A stretch of DNA of 64,000 nt from contig CAYYLZ010000001.1 in NCBI GenBank assembly GCA_964472725.1, positions 3,336-67,335 on the forward strand. The letters run 5' to 3'. The stretch is from an uncultured Oscillospiraceae bacterium (GTDB taxonomy: Bacteria; Bacillota; Clostridia; Oscillospirales; Oscillospiraceae). Shown here one piece after another: positions 35,674-45,587 of the stretch (position 1 is its first letter; the number at the start of each line of letters is the position of its first letter). A model generated the notes under the pieces. That model was not told the origin of the DNA, did not search any database, and worked only from the letters and a program-made list of their open reading frames with translations. A program made the position numbers and the translations under genes.

Positions 35674-36339
35674 ATGAGCGAGCGCGAAACGAACTTGAAG
35701 GATAAATTGTATAACGAGATATTGGAGAGTATATTTACCAATGAATATCGTCCCAACCAGATTCTTCATGAAAAAGAACTGATCGAAAGGTTTCATTGCA
35801 GCAAGTCGCCCGTACGCGATGCGCTGATAGCGCTGTGTAATGACAATGTGCTGCGCAGTATCCCACGTTACGGCTATGAGGTGCTTCGGCTGACAAGAGA
35901 AGATGTTGAGGATATGCTGCGTACCCGCTATTTGATTGAAGGTACCATACTGTGCATGGCCTTTGACACCATCACGCCTCAGCATATAGACCGTCTTGAG
36001 GAGATAGACCGGGAGTGTGCCGCTAACGCAGATGACGTGTCTTTGCATTGGGAAAGCAATACCAAGTTCCATATGCTTCTTATCTCCCGTGAAAAGAATC
36101 ATTACATAGAGGAAGTGCTTCTCCTGACCATGCGCAGACTGAAACGAGCATACGCGCAGATATATTGGGAGAACGTGGACGATATTCTGCTCCTGAACGA
36201 TACGGCTCACCACCAGGAAATCATAAACGCCCTTCGCGCTCACGATTTTCGCGGCACACTGCTTGCGCTGAAGGAAGATATCCGCTGTTTCGGAGATTAT
36301 CGCTGCGAGCTTCCGGAATATTTCAAGCATAGGCTATAA
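35674..36339 (+). CDS. GntR-family transcriptional regulator (FCD-type C-terminus)
   Basis: LHEKELIERFHCSKSPVRDALIALCNDNVLRSIPRYGYEV is a winged-HTH motif. Confidence 0.8.
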   Translation: MSERETNLKDKLYNEILESIFTNEYRPNQILHEKELIERFHCSKSPVRDALIALCNDNVLRSIPRYGYEVLRLTREDVEDMLRTRYLIEGTILCMAFDTITPQHIDRLEEIDRECAANADDVSLHWESNTKFHMLLISREKNHYIEEVLLLTMRRLKRAYAQIYWENVDDILLLNDTAHHQEIINALRAHDFRGTLLALKEDIRCFGDYRCELPEYFKHRL

Positions 36340-36409
36340 GTGTGCGGCAATAAAAAAGTGAATTGTCGTACCCCGCTGTTCTCTTTAGCTTGTAATGAGA
36401 TACAAACAG

Positions 36410-36448
36410 AAAATGCGCCGACCCATTTTTCTGGGTCAGCGCATTTTT
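36410..36448 (+). terminator. rho-independent terminator
   Basis: aatgcgccgaccca / tgggtcagcgcattttt. Confidence 0.8.
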
Positions 36449-36659
36449 GTATAACGGAAATCACTCTTTGAGCGAAGTGTGCTGCTATAGATGTGAGTGG
36501 GTACGGTGTTGCTTGGAATGATGACCTGGATTTGTCTGAATATGTGTTCGATATTTGTTTGGCAAATACGGAATACAATAAATACTTGTGCAAACGCCAT
36601 GTATGCGTTATAATTACTTCATCTAAGTTTGAAACAAAAATTGAAAGGGGAAACCTATC

Positions 36660-38210
36660 ATGCAGGAACTCGAAATGAAATTCTATTCCAACCGTGCGCC
36701 CAAGAAGGGCTACAGTTGGGAAACTCCTCCCGAGAAGATCGCGGAGACCGAAATCGTCGAAACTCTCACCGCTGATGTTATTATGATCGGCGGCGGTATC
36801 AGCGGCCTTGCCGCAGGTGCTCGCTGCAGATATCGCGGTCTCGACACCATCATTATCGACAAGAACAAGACCATGCAGGCTCTCGCCGGTCAGATCGCTG
36901 CCGTTAACAGCCGCGTAATGGCTGAAAAGGGCATTGAAATTGACAAGAAGATGCTGGCCGCCGACTGGCTGAAGATGAGCGGCAGCCGCGTTCAGGAAGA
37001 CCTGCTGTGGCTGTTTATCAACCGCAGCGCCGAGGGCTTCCACTGGATGCTGGACCTTGCAGGCGATTGCCTCGAGGTTGGCGTATATGAGGCTTACAAG
37101 GGCCCCATGTTCAGCGAGTATCCCGGCACCCACCACATCTTCCAGAAGAGAGACAGTAAGAAGTATAAGCACTGGGGCGGCGGCTTCCTGGCCTGCGAGA
37201 TCTTTGAGAAGGCATTCCTCGAAATGGGCGGCACTCTCCATCGCAGCACCTATGCCGTATACCTCGAGAAGGACGAAACCGGCCGTGTAACCGGCTGCGT
37301 CGCAATGTGCGAAGACGGCAAGTATCGCCGTTATGTCGGCACCAAGGCTGTTGTTCTCGCCACCGGCGACTGCAGCGACGATCCCGAAATGATGGAAGCA
37401 TTCTGCCCCATCGGCACCCGTCCCAGCCAGCACGTAAAGCGTAAGGGCAACACCGGCGACGGCCAGAAGATGGCATACTGGGCAGGCGCAGCTCTGGATA
37501 ACCCCGAATGGGCTCCCACCATCCATGCTCTTGCTTTCAGCGGCTATCAGGGCTTCTTCCTCCACGTTAACCGCCTCGGTAAGCGCTTCATGAACGAGGA
37601 TACCTGGATGCAGGCTAAGTCCGTCCGCTGCCTCATGCAGCCCGGCGGCGACTTCGCTTACTCCGTTTGGGACAGCAAGTACCTGGACGAAATGGCTGAC
37701 CGCTTCAGTGAGCTGGGCGGCCAGGGCATGATGCCTCTGAGCGTTGTTGGCGACAGCTTCGACCGCGAGAGAATGGCAAATGTTATGCAGAAGTACATCG
37801 ACGACGGAAACGCATTCGTAGCCGACACCCTCGAAGAACTGGCAGAGAAGATGGAAGTTCCCGTTGAGAACCTGCTCAAGACCGTAAAGCGCTACAACGA
37901 GCTGGTTGCCAACGGCGACGACGTTGACTTCGGTAAGCGCACCAGACTGCTCACCAGCATCGAGCAGGGCCCCTTCTACGCTTGCAAGTGGGGTCCCTCT
38001 CTCCTCGACGTTTTCGGCGGCGCTCAGGTCGATACCAGCCTGAACGTAATCGGCGCAGACGCCAAGAATATCCCTGGCCTCTACGCTGTGGGTAACGCTG
38101 CCGGCGGCATGTACGCAGTTGACTATCCTCTGCTGCTCAACGGCAACAGCTACGGCCGCGCACTGGCATACGCCATGCAGCTGGCTGACGTCCTCTGCGG
38201 CGATATCTGA
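36660..38210 (+). CDS. FAD-dependent oxidoreductase (fumarate reductase/KstD-like flavoprotein)
   Basis: Dinucleotide-binding VIMIGGGISGLAAG and C-terminal GLYAVGNAAGG. Confidence 0.75.
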   Translation: MQELEMKFYSNRAPKKGYSWETPPEKIAETEIVETLTADVIMIGGGISGLAAGARCRYRGLDTIIIDKNKTMQALAGQIAAVNSRVMAEKGIEIDKKMLAADWLKMSGSRVQEDLLWLFINRSAEGFHWMLDLAGDCLEVGVYEAYKGPMFSEYPGTHHIFQKRDSKKYKHWGGGFLACEIFEKAFLEMGGTLHRSTYAVYLEKDETGRVTGCVAMCEDGKYRRYVGTKAVVLATGDCSDDPEMMEAFCPIGTRPSQHVKRKGNTGDGQKMAYWAGAALDNPEWAPTIHALAFSGYQGFFLHVNRLGKRFMNEDTWMQAKSVRCLMQPGGDFAYSVWDSKYLDEMADRFSELGGQGMMPLSVVGDSFDRERMANVMQKYIDDGNAFVADTLEELAEKMEVPVENLLKTVKRYNELVANGDDVDFGKRTRLLTSIEQGPFYACKWGPSLLDVFGGAQVDTSLNVIGADAKNIPGLYAVGNAAGGMYAVDYPLLLNGNSYGRALAYAMQLADVLCGDI

Positions 38211-38221
38211 TATCAGTATTC

Positions 38222-38256
38222 AAACAACGGAGAGCACCTGCTCTCCGTTGTTTTGC
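38222..38256 (+). terminator. rho-independent terminator
   Basis: aacaacggagagc / gctctccgttgttttg. Confidence 0.85.
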
Positions 38257-38351
38257 AGTTGAGCGAAACAGAAAGCGGGTGATAGCGTGTCAGCTGAAGT
38301 CAATATGGCTGCCATAGAGGGCTTCGCCTGCTTAACGGTGAGCAGCTTGGT

Positions 38352-39419
38352 ATGCAAAGCTGGTACTTTGGTTATGTGCTGGCATTCGCGCTGGTTCTGC
38401 TGGTGTTCTTCTGCGTGCAAATGACAAAAAAACGGTGCAGCCACGTGATACTTTGGCTGCCGCTGCTGGTAATGCTGTTTCTGTTGGCTGCTGTGCTTAT
38501 TCTGCGGGAGAAAACGGCGGAAAGCGCGGAGCTTATGGCGAGCATATACAGGTCAAACCAAAATGCGCCTCCGGGCATGGGCGTCACTACGCCGCCCTTC
38601 GAGGCTCGGGACGTGGCGCTGCATTTTATCAACACCGCAGGCGCGTCACGATGGCTGAAGCATTGCCCCTGGTATCTGCTGACCACGGAGATATTCGCCC
38701 TCATAGCGTGGCTTATTTCCCGCAAATTGAAGGTGGGAGCGAAAATCTGCGTTTCCGGTGTGAGCTTCGGTATTGCCGCTCTGCTGCTGGTAATGTGCCT
38801 CATTGACCGCCACCATGCGTTGAGTGCCCGGGCGCTGTTTCAAAAGGCCGAGGTGCTGAAAGAGCCTGCTTCATGGGTGACGGTGGACGAGCTCAACGAC
38901 TACACCCTGTATCATATCTATATATTTTGGGACGAGGACTGCTTCCTCAGCGGTGACGTATACAGCCTGAAGCTGTCAAAGAACGTGGCGGGCTATGACG
39001 AGCCGGGCGCCTTTTCGGAAAAGCTGGGCGTGATGCGTAAGGACTCGCCCCACACCCGCCCCTATTTGCTGCTGCCTACGGAAAAGCCGGGCTGGTTCGG
39101 CGGCAGTAATCTGTGGCACGTATATGACAGAGAAATAAACGGCCTCTTTTCGGCGGGGCCACCGGCATTTGTGCGCGCCGAGCAGCTTATTCGCGCGGCG
39201 GGCAGCTATAGGGAAAACGGTATACTTGGCGTGATCGCCCGTCCGTGGCTGACAAGCATAGACCTTGGCATTTATACCCTCGGTATAGCGGTGCCGCCGA
39301 ATATCATGCACGTTTTTGTGCCTTTTGAAATTTATCTTCTTGCGCCGCTGACGGTGCTCTTTGCCGCGGTGTGGCTCATAATGTGCATCGGGCAGCGCGC
39401 GATAACGCGAAAAGAATAA
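38352..39419 (+). CDS. hypothetical polytopic membrane protein
   Basis: Several hydrophobic segments. No recognised motif. Confidence 0.45.
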   Translation: MQSWYFGYVLAFALVLLVFFCVQMTKKRCSHVILWLPLLVMLFLLAAVLILREKTAESAELMASIYRSNQNAPPGMGVTTPPFEARDVALHFINTAGASRWLKHCPWYLLTTEIFALIAWLISRKLKVGAKICVSGVSFGIAALLLVMCLIDRHHALSARALFQKAEVLKEPASWVTVDELNDYTLYHIYIFWDEDCFLSGDVYSLKLSKNVAGYDEPGAFSEKLGVMRKDSPHTRPYLLLPTEKPGWFGGSNLWHVYDREINGLFSAGPPAFVRAEQLIRAAGSYRENGILGVIARPWLTSIDLGIYTLGIAVPPNIMHVFVPFEIYLLAPLTVLFAAVWLIMCIGQRAITRKE

Positions 39420-39433
39420 CCCAAAAACAGCAG

Positions 39434-39460
39434 CACCCCTCAGAAATGAACTGAGGGGTG
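39434..39460. terminator. bidirectional hairpin between convergent genes
   Basis: cacccctcag / ctgaggggtg followed by tttgtgttt. Confidence 0.75.
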
Positions 39461-39473
39461 TTTGTGTTTAGTA

Positions 39474-41636
39474 TTATTTTTCAAGAACGATTATGCGCAC
39501 CTGGCCGCCGGTGGAGGGCGTTTTGTCATAGTAGACGGTGTAGCTTCCTGCGAAGGCTATCACGTCTTCGAGACTGCTGCTCCAACTGTCAAGATTGGCG
39601 TTATATACCTGCACGTTATCGCTTATTGCGATCTCGTTATTCTTTACCACCATAAGCTCAGTGCTGTAAAAAGCGCTTACGTCAAGGCCACTTACGCGGG
39701 TAAGCTTCACAACGTCAGCAACGCGGCCGTTGCTGCCCGCAAGACCGATGCCGTCGCCCTCGGAAACGCTCATGCCGCTGATGCCGCTGAAGTTTTGGCT
39801 GTTACCATTTTCAATAGTCAGGTATGTGCTTTCACCTCGGGTGGAGAAGCGAGCAAAACCATAGTCATAGCAGGCTCCGGTGAGGGCGTTGAAGAGAACG
39901 ATATCAACCTTGCCTGCGGAGTTGAGGTGTATGTAGTCAATGTAATCGCCGCTGATGTAGCTCTTCTGACTTATGTCGGCGAAGGGAATCTCGACCGCGT
40001 AGCCGGAGCCGGCCCATTCGTAGAATACCGCGCCGTGAGCCAGTTCATAGCCGCCCACGGTGCCGTTTTTGGGATTCATGCTCTTTACGGTAACTGTGCC
40101 TGTACCGGAAAGCTGAAGCTCTCCACGGGAGGTTTCCCACACGCTTACGAGGCTGCCGTAAAGCATGGCATTGGTGCCGCTGCTGACAGAGCTGCCTCTC
40201 ACGGTGATGCCGCCGGGGAGAGTGACGGTTCTGCCGTCAGTGGAGGAAAGACCCACCATGTCCACGCTTACGGAAGCAGCGGAGCATACAGCGGCTACCT
40301 TGAGGTCATCGGTGAGCAGCAGCGTCACCTTGCTGCCAATGTCAAATTTCGCCGCGCTTTCACTGGCGCAATCAAGGAGCGTGTAGGTGCTGCCGCCTAC
40401 TGTTATGGTTTCGGCACCGCTCATGTTGGGATAGGCGTTTTCAATGAAGCCGCTTACCTTGCGGTCGGAGACCATCACCGCGCCAAGCAGCTCATCGTAG
40501 TAAGCCACGTCGTATTGGGCGAGATCATCAATTTCGGCAGGAGAGCCGTTTTTATAAAGAGCGGCATCGGAAACGTCCAGCTTGCGCATTATTTCCGAGT
40601 AAGCGGACTGTGTGGTGGCCACCACTGCGCCGCCGCTGTTCTCTGCGGGGACGTATACAAGATATACCTCGCCGCGCTTGATGTACAGGCGGGCGGAGCT
40701 TACGCCCATCCATTTCTGCGTCCAGCTGTAAACGCTGTTACCGCATACCACCTTGGCGGTGGCGGGGATTTTGTAGGTAATGCCGTCGCTGCCGGTGATG
40801 GAAGAAGAGGTCTTTTCGGCGGCGTCCACATCTACATAGTCCACTGCGTCCTTTTCGGGAACAAAGCCTGCTGCCGCGTCATCGTCCAGCAGGAGAGCGC
40901 CGATGCCGCCAATAAGGTCGGCAGGGAAAGTGATGTCGACTGGATAGGTCTTTACCTCGCCCTTGTCGATAAGGTAGACCATGACATTGTCGATACCCAC
41001 GGAGGTGAGCAGTACGTTGTCGTTTGTTTCAAGACCCAAAGCAGTGTAATAATCCTTGCCTGCGGCAGTGCTGCAGCGGAGCATATTGCACATCAGCAGG
41101 GCAGCTTCGCCGCGGCTCAGCTTTTCGTTCATGCCGCAGCTTACGTTTTCGCTCATGCCAAGGTCAGCGGCAAAATTAACGTAGTCACGGGGCCATACGG
41201 CACCCACCTGAGAACTGGTGTAACCGAGGATGCGAATGAGAATGGTAACGGCCTCACCAAGAGTTATGCTGTCGGAGGGAGCGAAGCGTCCGTCGCCCTT
41301 ACCGTTTACAAGACCCTCTTTCGCGGCCAGATTAACATAGCCTGCGAACCATTCGCTGCTTTTTACATCGGAGAAAACGCTGCCGCGGGCGGCTGCGTCC
41401 GCCTTGTCCTCAAGACCCATCATAACTATGACAAGCTTGCAGAATTCAGCGCGGGTAAGAGATGCGTCCGGACGGAACGAGCCGTCCTCGTAACCGGATA
41501 CTACGCCCATGCTAGCCAGCACGCTTGCGGCAAGGGCGGTATTGTCATCCTTGATATCGGGGAAAGCAGCTCCTGCGGAGGGAATGCAGGCCGCCATCAG
41601 GCACACGGCCAGCAGTATGCTGATAATTCGTTTCAT
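39474..41636 (-). CDS. secreted SLH-domain cell-surface protein
   Basis: Signal peptide MKRIISILLAVCLMAACIPSAGA, then three SLH-like repeats (FPDIKDD..., FSDVKSSEWFAGYV..., WPRDYVNFA...). The opposite-strand ORF 39462..41669 is Ala/Gly/Val-rich antisense. Confidence 0.75.
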   Translation of the reverse strand: MKRIISILLAVCLMAACIPSAGAAFPDIKDDNTALAASVLASMGVVSGYEDGSFRPDASLTRAEFCKLVIVMMGLEDKADAAARGSVFSDVKSSEWFAGYVNLAAKEGLVNGKGDGRFAPSDSITLGEAVTILIRILGYTSSQVGAVWPRDYVNFAADLGMSENVSCGMNEKLSRGEAALLMCNMLRCSTAAGKDYYTALGLETNDNVLLTSVGIDNVMVYLIDKGEVKTYPVDITFPADLIGGIGALLLDDDAAAGFVPEKDAVDYVDVDAAEKTSSSITGSDGITYKIPATAKVVCGNSVYSWTQKWMGVSSARLYIKRGEVYLVYVPAENSGGAVVATTQSAYSEIMRKLDVSDAALYKNGSPAEIDDLAQYDVAYYDELLGAVMVSDRKVSGFIENAYPNMSGAETITVGGSTYTLLDCASESAAKFDIGSKVTLLLTDDLKVAAVCSAASVSVDMVGLSSTDGRTVTLPGGITVRGSSVSSGTNAMLYGSLVSVWETSRGELQLSGTGTVTVKSMNPKNGTVGGYELAHGAVFYEWAGSGYAVEIPFADISQKSYISGDYIDYIHLNSAGKVDIVLFNALTGACYDYGFARFSTRGESTYLTIENGNSQNFSGISGMSVSEGDGIGLAGSNGRVADVVKLTRVSGLDVSAFYSTELMVVKNNEIAISDNVQVYNANLDSWSSSLEDVIAFAGSYTVYYDKTPSTGGQVRIIVLEK

Positions 41637-41678
41637 ATTTTCTGCCTCACATTTTATAAGGTTGTTTGATTTCAAGCG

Positions 41679-42863
41679 TCAGTCGGCTCTCAGCGCATCA
41701 ACGGGCTGGAGACCGGAGGCTTTTACCGCCGGGTACAGGCCGAAGGTGACTCCGATAACGATGGAAAATACCGCTGCCGCCACAACGTAGATAACGCTGG
41801 GGGTGAGAATAAGGTCATACATGGCCTTGCCGATCACCACAGAGCCCACATAGCCAAGGATTATGCCGATGAGGCCGCCAAGGAAAGAAAGAACGCCGGC
41901 TTCTGCCATGAACTGAGTTATGATGACCTTTCTTCTTGCGCCGATGGCCTTCTTTATGCCGATCTCACGGGTTCGTTCGGTGACGGTGACCAGCATGATG
42001 TTCATAATGCCTATACCGCCTACAAGCAGGGAAATGCAGGCGACGCCTGCGAGGATAAGGCTCAGGGAGGTGGTTTCCTCCTGGGTTTCATTCATGGAAT
42101 CGTTACCATTTTTTACGGTATAGGTGCCGGTGTATGCGTCAACATTTTCCTCGAGCCATGCCTTCACCTTCGTAATGGCGGGGTCCATGTTGTCCGCGAT
42201 ATCTATTTTAAGCGTGTGCTCGCGGATAAAGGATCGCTTGAGAAGCTCACGGTTGAGGGAATAGGGGATAGCCACCATGTCGTCCATAGAACTTTCCGCC
42301 GCACCGTCCTTGGCGTAGTACACTCCTACCACGGTGAATGGAGTGCCGTTCAGGTATACGATCTCGCCGATGGGGTCGGAGTAAGGGAATAGAGTCTGGG
42401 CTACGTAGGCACCGATGACGCAGACATGGCTGCGCTTGTCTATGTCCACGAAGCTGATTTCTCTGCCCCTGTCGATAACATAGTTGTTGCAGACGGAGAA
42501 CTGGTCGTTGACCAAGTAGGTGGTGGGAGTATCCACGGAATACATGCTGCGCTTGATAACAGCGCCGGAAAGTGTGTCCGCGGGGCATATGCCCTCGCTG
42601 ACGTCGCTGAGTTCCTCCGATACAAATTCGTAGAGGTCATCCATTTTTGTTACTCCGTCTCTGGGGTCGTAGCAGTTTATAGTTATGTTTACCTTGTTTA
42701 CGCCCAGCTTGGCGTAGTAGGCTTCCATGTCGGCGTTCATGCCTGTGACCACGGTGACGAGGATAAGTACGGCGCATACGCCGATGATTATACCCAGCAT
42801 GGTGAGGAACGAGCGGCCTTTTTTGTCCATGATGGCTTCCATTGCCATTTTAAAAGAACCCAA
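41679..42863 (-). CDS. ABC transporter permease (MacB/FtsX-like)
   Basis: N-terminal TM, large extracytoplasmic domain, C-terminal FtsX-type TM bundle (RTREIGIKKAIGA). Confidence 0.8.
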   Translation of the reverse strand: MGSFKMAMEAIMDKKGRSFLTMLGIIIGVCAVLILVTVVTGMNADMEAYYAKLGVNKVNITINCYDPRDGVTKMDDLYEFVSEELSDVSEGICPADTLSGAVIKRSMYSVDTPTTYLVNDQFSVCNNYVIDRGREISFVDIDKRSHVCVIGAYVAQTLFPYSDPIGEIVYLNGTPFTVVGVYYAKDGAAESSMDDMVAIPYSLNRELLKRSFIREHTLKIDIADNMDPAITKVKAWLEENVDAYTGTYTVKNGNDSMNETQEETTSLSLILAGVACISLLVGGIGIMNIMLVTVTERTREIGIKKAIGARRKVIITQFMAEAGVLSFLGGLIGIILGYVGSVVIGKAMYDLILTPSVIYVVAAAVFSIVIGVTFGLYPAVKASGLQPVDALRAD

Positions 42864-42865
42864 GC

Positions 42866-43555
42866 TTATCCCTCCTTACCTGTGTCACTTGTGATAAGCC
42901 CGTCCTGCAGGCGGATAATGCGGCCTGCCTTGGCTGCTATGCCGTTATCGTGGGTTATGAGAATGACTGTAGTGCCTTTGCTGTTGAGCTCCTTGAGTAT
43001 GTCCAACACCTGCGCACCGGTTTTTGAGTCGAGAGCACCGGTGGGCTCATCTGCCATGATAACGGGGGAACGGGTGGCGATGGCTCGCGCTATTGCCACT
43101 CGCTGCTGCTGACCGCCGGAAAGCTGACCCGGGCGGTTTTCGGACTTTTCTGCTATGTCCACGCTTTCCAGTGCTTCCATCGCGCGGGCGTAGCGTTCGT
43201 TTATCTTTATGCCCTGATAGGCCAGCGGCAGAGCCACATTCTGCCATACGTTGAGAGAAGGAATAAGGTTGTAGCCCTGAAATATGAAGCCAATCTTCTC
43301 GCTGCGTATGAGCGCCAGTTCATCCTCGCTGCGCTGGGCTATGGGAACGCCGTCCAGTATATACTCGCCGTAGGTGGGCACGTCAAGGCAGCCTAAAATG
43401 TTCATCATGGTGGATTTGCCGCTGCCGGAGGTGCCGACTATGGCAACGAACTCGCCGTAGTCAATGTCCAGGGATACGCCGTTGAGGGCGCGCACCTCAT
43501 TTTCCTCGCCTTCAAAATATATCTTGTAAATATCTTTCAGATGTATCAGATTCAT
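42866..43555 (-). CDS. ABC transporter ATP-binding protein (MacB/LolD-like)
   Basis: GTSGSGKST, LSGGQQQRVAIARA, IMADEPTGALD. Confidence 0.85.
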   Translation of the reverse strand: MNLIHLKDIYKIYFEGEENEVRALNGVSLDIDYGEFVAIVGTSGSGKSTMMNILGCLDVPTYGEYILDGVPIAQRSEDELALIRSEKIGFIFQGYNLIPSLNVWQNVALPLAYQGIKINERYARAMEALESVDIAEKSENRPGQLSGGQQQRVAIARAIATRSPVIMADEPTGALDSKTGAQVLDILKELNSKGTTVILITHDNGIAAKAGRIIRLQDGLITSDTGKEG

Positions 43556-43567
43556 AGGCTGCCCCGC

Positions 43568-45403
43568 TTATCTGCCGCCGAAGCCGCCCTGACCGCCGGC
43601 GTTGCCGAAGCCGGACATACCGCCCTGGCCGCCAAAGTTGGGCATGCCGCTCTGACCCATGCCGCCAGGCATCATACCCATGCCGCCGGGCATCATACCC
43701 TCAAACTCGCCGGTATCATAATCGGAGGTACTGTCGCCGCCGCCGGGAGCGGTCTGTACGTAGCGCGTGAAGAGAACGGCGTCAGCCTCTACGCCGGAGA
43801 GTATTTTTACATACATGCCGTTGCCGCCGCCTACCTCGACGGGTACGGCGTAGAAGCCCACGGGGATATCGGTGCCCACGGGAACATCAATGGCGTTATC
43901 GGGGCGCTTGTCGGCCTGCACGTAGAGAACGGTCTGATCGTCTATGGTCTTGATGGCGGAAACCGGAGCCAGTACGCCCTCGTCAGTGTCGGAGGAAGCA
44001 ATGTAATAGCTTACGCTTACGCCTGCGGCAAGCTCGCCGTTGGAGTAGATGGTGATAGTGGCAGGGAAGGTGGCAACGCCGTTGGACGAAGACGCCACAA
44101 GGCTGAGATAGCTTATTTCGGCTTCGTAGATATAGGTGTTGTCCGCTGCGGAGCGAATAACGGTGACGGGCATACCCTGATAGACTCTGTCGATGTAAAG
44201 CTCGTCTATTTCGATGGAAAGAGTCATGGTGTCAAGATTATAGACGGTCACTGACTGCATCATGTTGAACATGGATTCGCCGCCTTCGGTGACACTGCAG
44301 GATACAACAGTGCCGGAAATGTCGCTGGCTACTTTGTATTCGCTGCGGGTGGCCTCAGCATCTTCGATACTTTCTTTGGTTTTTTCTATGCTCTTTTCAA
44401 GATGCTTTATCTGGGACTCTATGTTGGCGATTTGATTTTCAAAGGTGTCGCTGTCAATGCTATAAAGAATATCACCCTCGCTGACCTCAAGATAATCCAC
44501 AGCTTCGGCGGAAATGAGCTCGCCGCTCACCTGACTTGTCACGGTTTCGGTGCTGCGGTATTCGAGAGTGCCGGTGACGGCGGGGTATATTTCTGTGCCG
44601 CCCGAGAGGATATAGCCGCCTGCCAACTGACCCTCAGCAAGAGAACCGGGATTGGCAGCGTTGAGAGTGACAGCAAAGCACTTAAGACCGGTATCGGTTA
44701 TGTAGGAGACCTTGGCGATGTCTGCCACCTGCGCGTCAAGCACCAGCATTTGGTCGGGAACAGAGAGATAGGCGCTCTGTCCGAGGTATATGTCGTCCTC
44801 GTACTCGTAGCTGAAATAGAGCTTGAGCTTAATGTTCCGGTTGTCGCTGATGGTAAACAGGCGGGTGCCGGCGTTTACCTTGTCGCCCACCTCAAGGCCG
44901 GAAACCTCGGTGATTATGCCGCTGAAGGGAGCGTATACGTTAAGACTGGTCACATTTTCACGCAGCTCGGCAAGCTGCTCCTGATAATCGTAGAGGTCGG
45001 ATTGATAGTCGTAGAGGCTGTCCTCAAGGTCACCTATCTTGTCGTCAACCTCGGAGTCGTCCTGAACGAAAAGGATGTCGCCTGCCTGAACAGTAGAACC
45101 CTGAGCTACATTGACCTCGTATATGGCAGCCATGGAGGCTACGGAGTAGGTTTCGCTGTCGCCGGGTATGGTGGTGCCGCTGCCTTCGATGGCAGAACTG
45201 AGTGAACCCCACGTGGTTAGCTCGGTGAGCATTTCCCGTTCCTCTTCCTTGAAGAAAAGGAAGTAAACGCTGATGACAATACCTATGAGAAGTACAGCCA
45301 AAATTATCAGCAAGGTTATTTTCTTTGCTGACATTTTTTTTCTCTTATGCTTTGGGGGTGCCGGAGCCATTTCCGGCGCATGAGCGAGATTTGTTTCAGT
45401 CAT
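43568..45403 (-). CDS. HlyD/MacA-type periplasmic adaptor with a Gly/Met-rich C-terminal tail
   Basis: N-terminal TM, coiled-coil region and barrel-sandwich-like repeats. Start at the ATG after GGAGG. Tail reads MMPGGMGMMPGGMGQSGMPNFGGQGGMSGFGNAGGQGGFGGR. Confidence 0.7.
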   Translation of the reverse strand: MTETNLAHAPEMAPAPPKHKRKKMSAKKITLLIILAVLLIGIVISVYFLFFKEEEREMLTELTTWGSLSSAIEGSGTTIPGDSETYSVASMAAIYEVNVAQGSTVQAGDILFVQDDSEVDDKIGDLEDSLYDYQSDLYDYQEQLAELRENVTSLNVYAPFSGIITEVSGLEVGDKVNAGTRLFTISDNRNIKLKLYFSYEYEDDIYLGQSAYLSVPDQMLVLDAQVADIAKVSYITDTGLKCFAVTLNAANPGSLAEGQLAGGYILSGGTEIYPAVTGTLEYRSTETVTSQVSGELISAEAVDYLEVSEGDILYSIDSDTFENQIANIESQIKHLEKSIEKTKESIEDAEATRSEYKVASDISGTVVSCSVTEGGESMFNMMQSVTVYNLDTMTLSIEIDELYIDRVYQGMPVTVIRSAADNTYIYEAEISYLSLVASSSNGVATFPATITIYSNGELAAGVSVSYYIASSDTDEGVLAPVSAIKTIDDQTVLYVQADKRPDNAIDVPVGTDIPVGFYAVPVEVGGGNGMYVKILSGVEADAVLFTRYVQTAPGGGDSTSDYDTGEFEGMMPGGMGMMPGGMGQSGMPNFGGQGGMSGFGNAGGQGGFGGR

Positions 45404-45535
45404 ACTTGTTGCCTCCAGATTATTAAAAATACGGTTAGATTTTACTCTGTTACACAAAAATGAATGTGAAGAAATCGTGAATAGAACGTAAAGGTTTTCC
45501 ACCTAAAGGTAAACATTTTGTAAACAATAAATAAT

Positions 45536-45562
45536 CCCTTGAAAACGACACGATTTCAAGGG
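45536..45562 (-). terminator. terminator of the ZIP transporter gene
   Basis: cccttgaaa / tttcaaggg with a T-rich tract on the minus strand. Confidence 0.65.
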
Positions 45563-45587
45563 ATCGGAGAATGTCGGATCGTATCTT

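Noticed and set aside
36297-37565. 422-aa minus-strand ORF overlapping the GntR end and the flavoprotein gene
   Set aside because: It is antisense to a gene with a clear FAD-binding motif, has low-complexity composition and has no RBS.
39462-41669. 735-aa plus-strand ORF opposite the SLH-domain gene
   Set aside because: It is an antisense artefact. The minus-strand product has a signal peptide and three SLH repeats, whereas the plus product is Ala/Gly/Val-rich with no motif.
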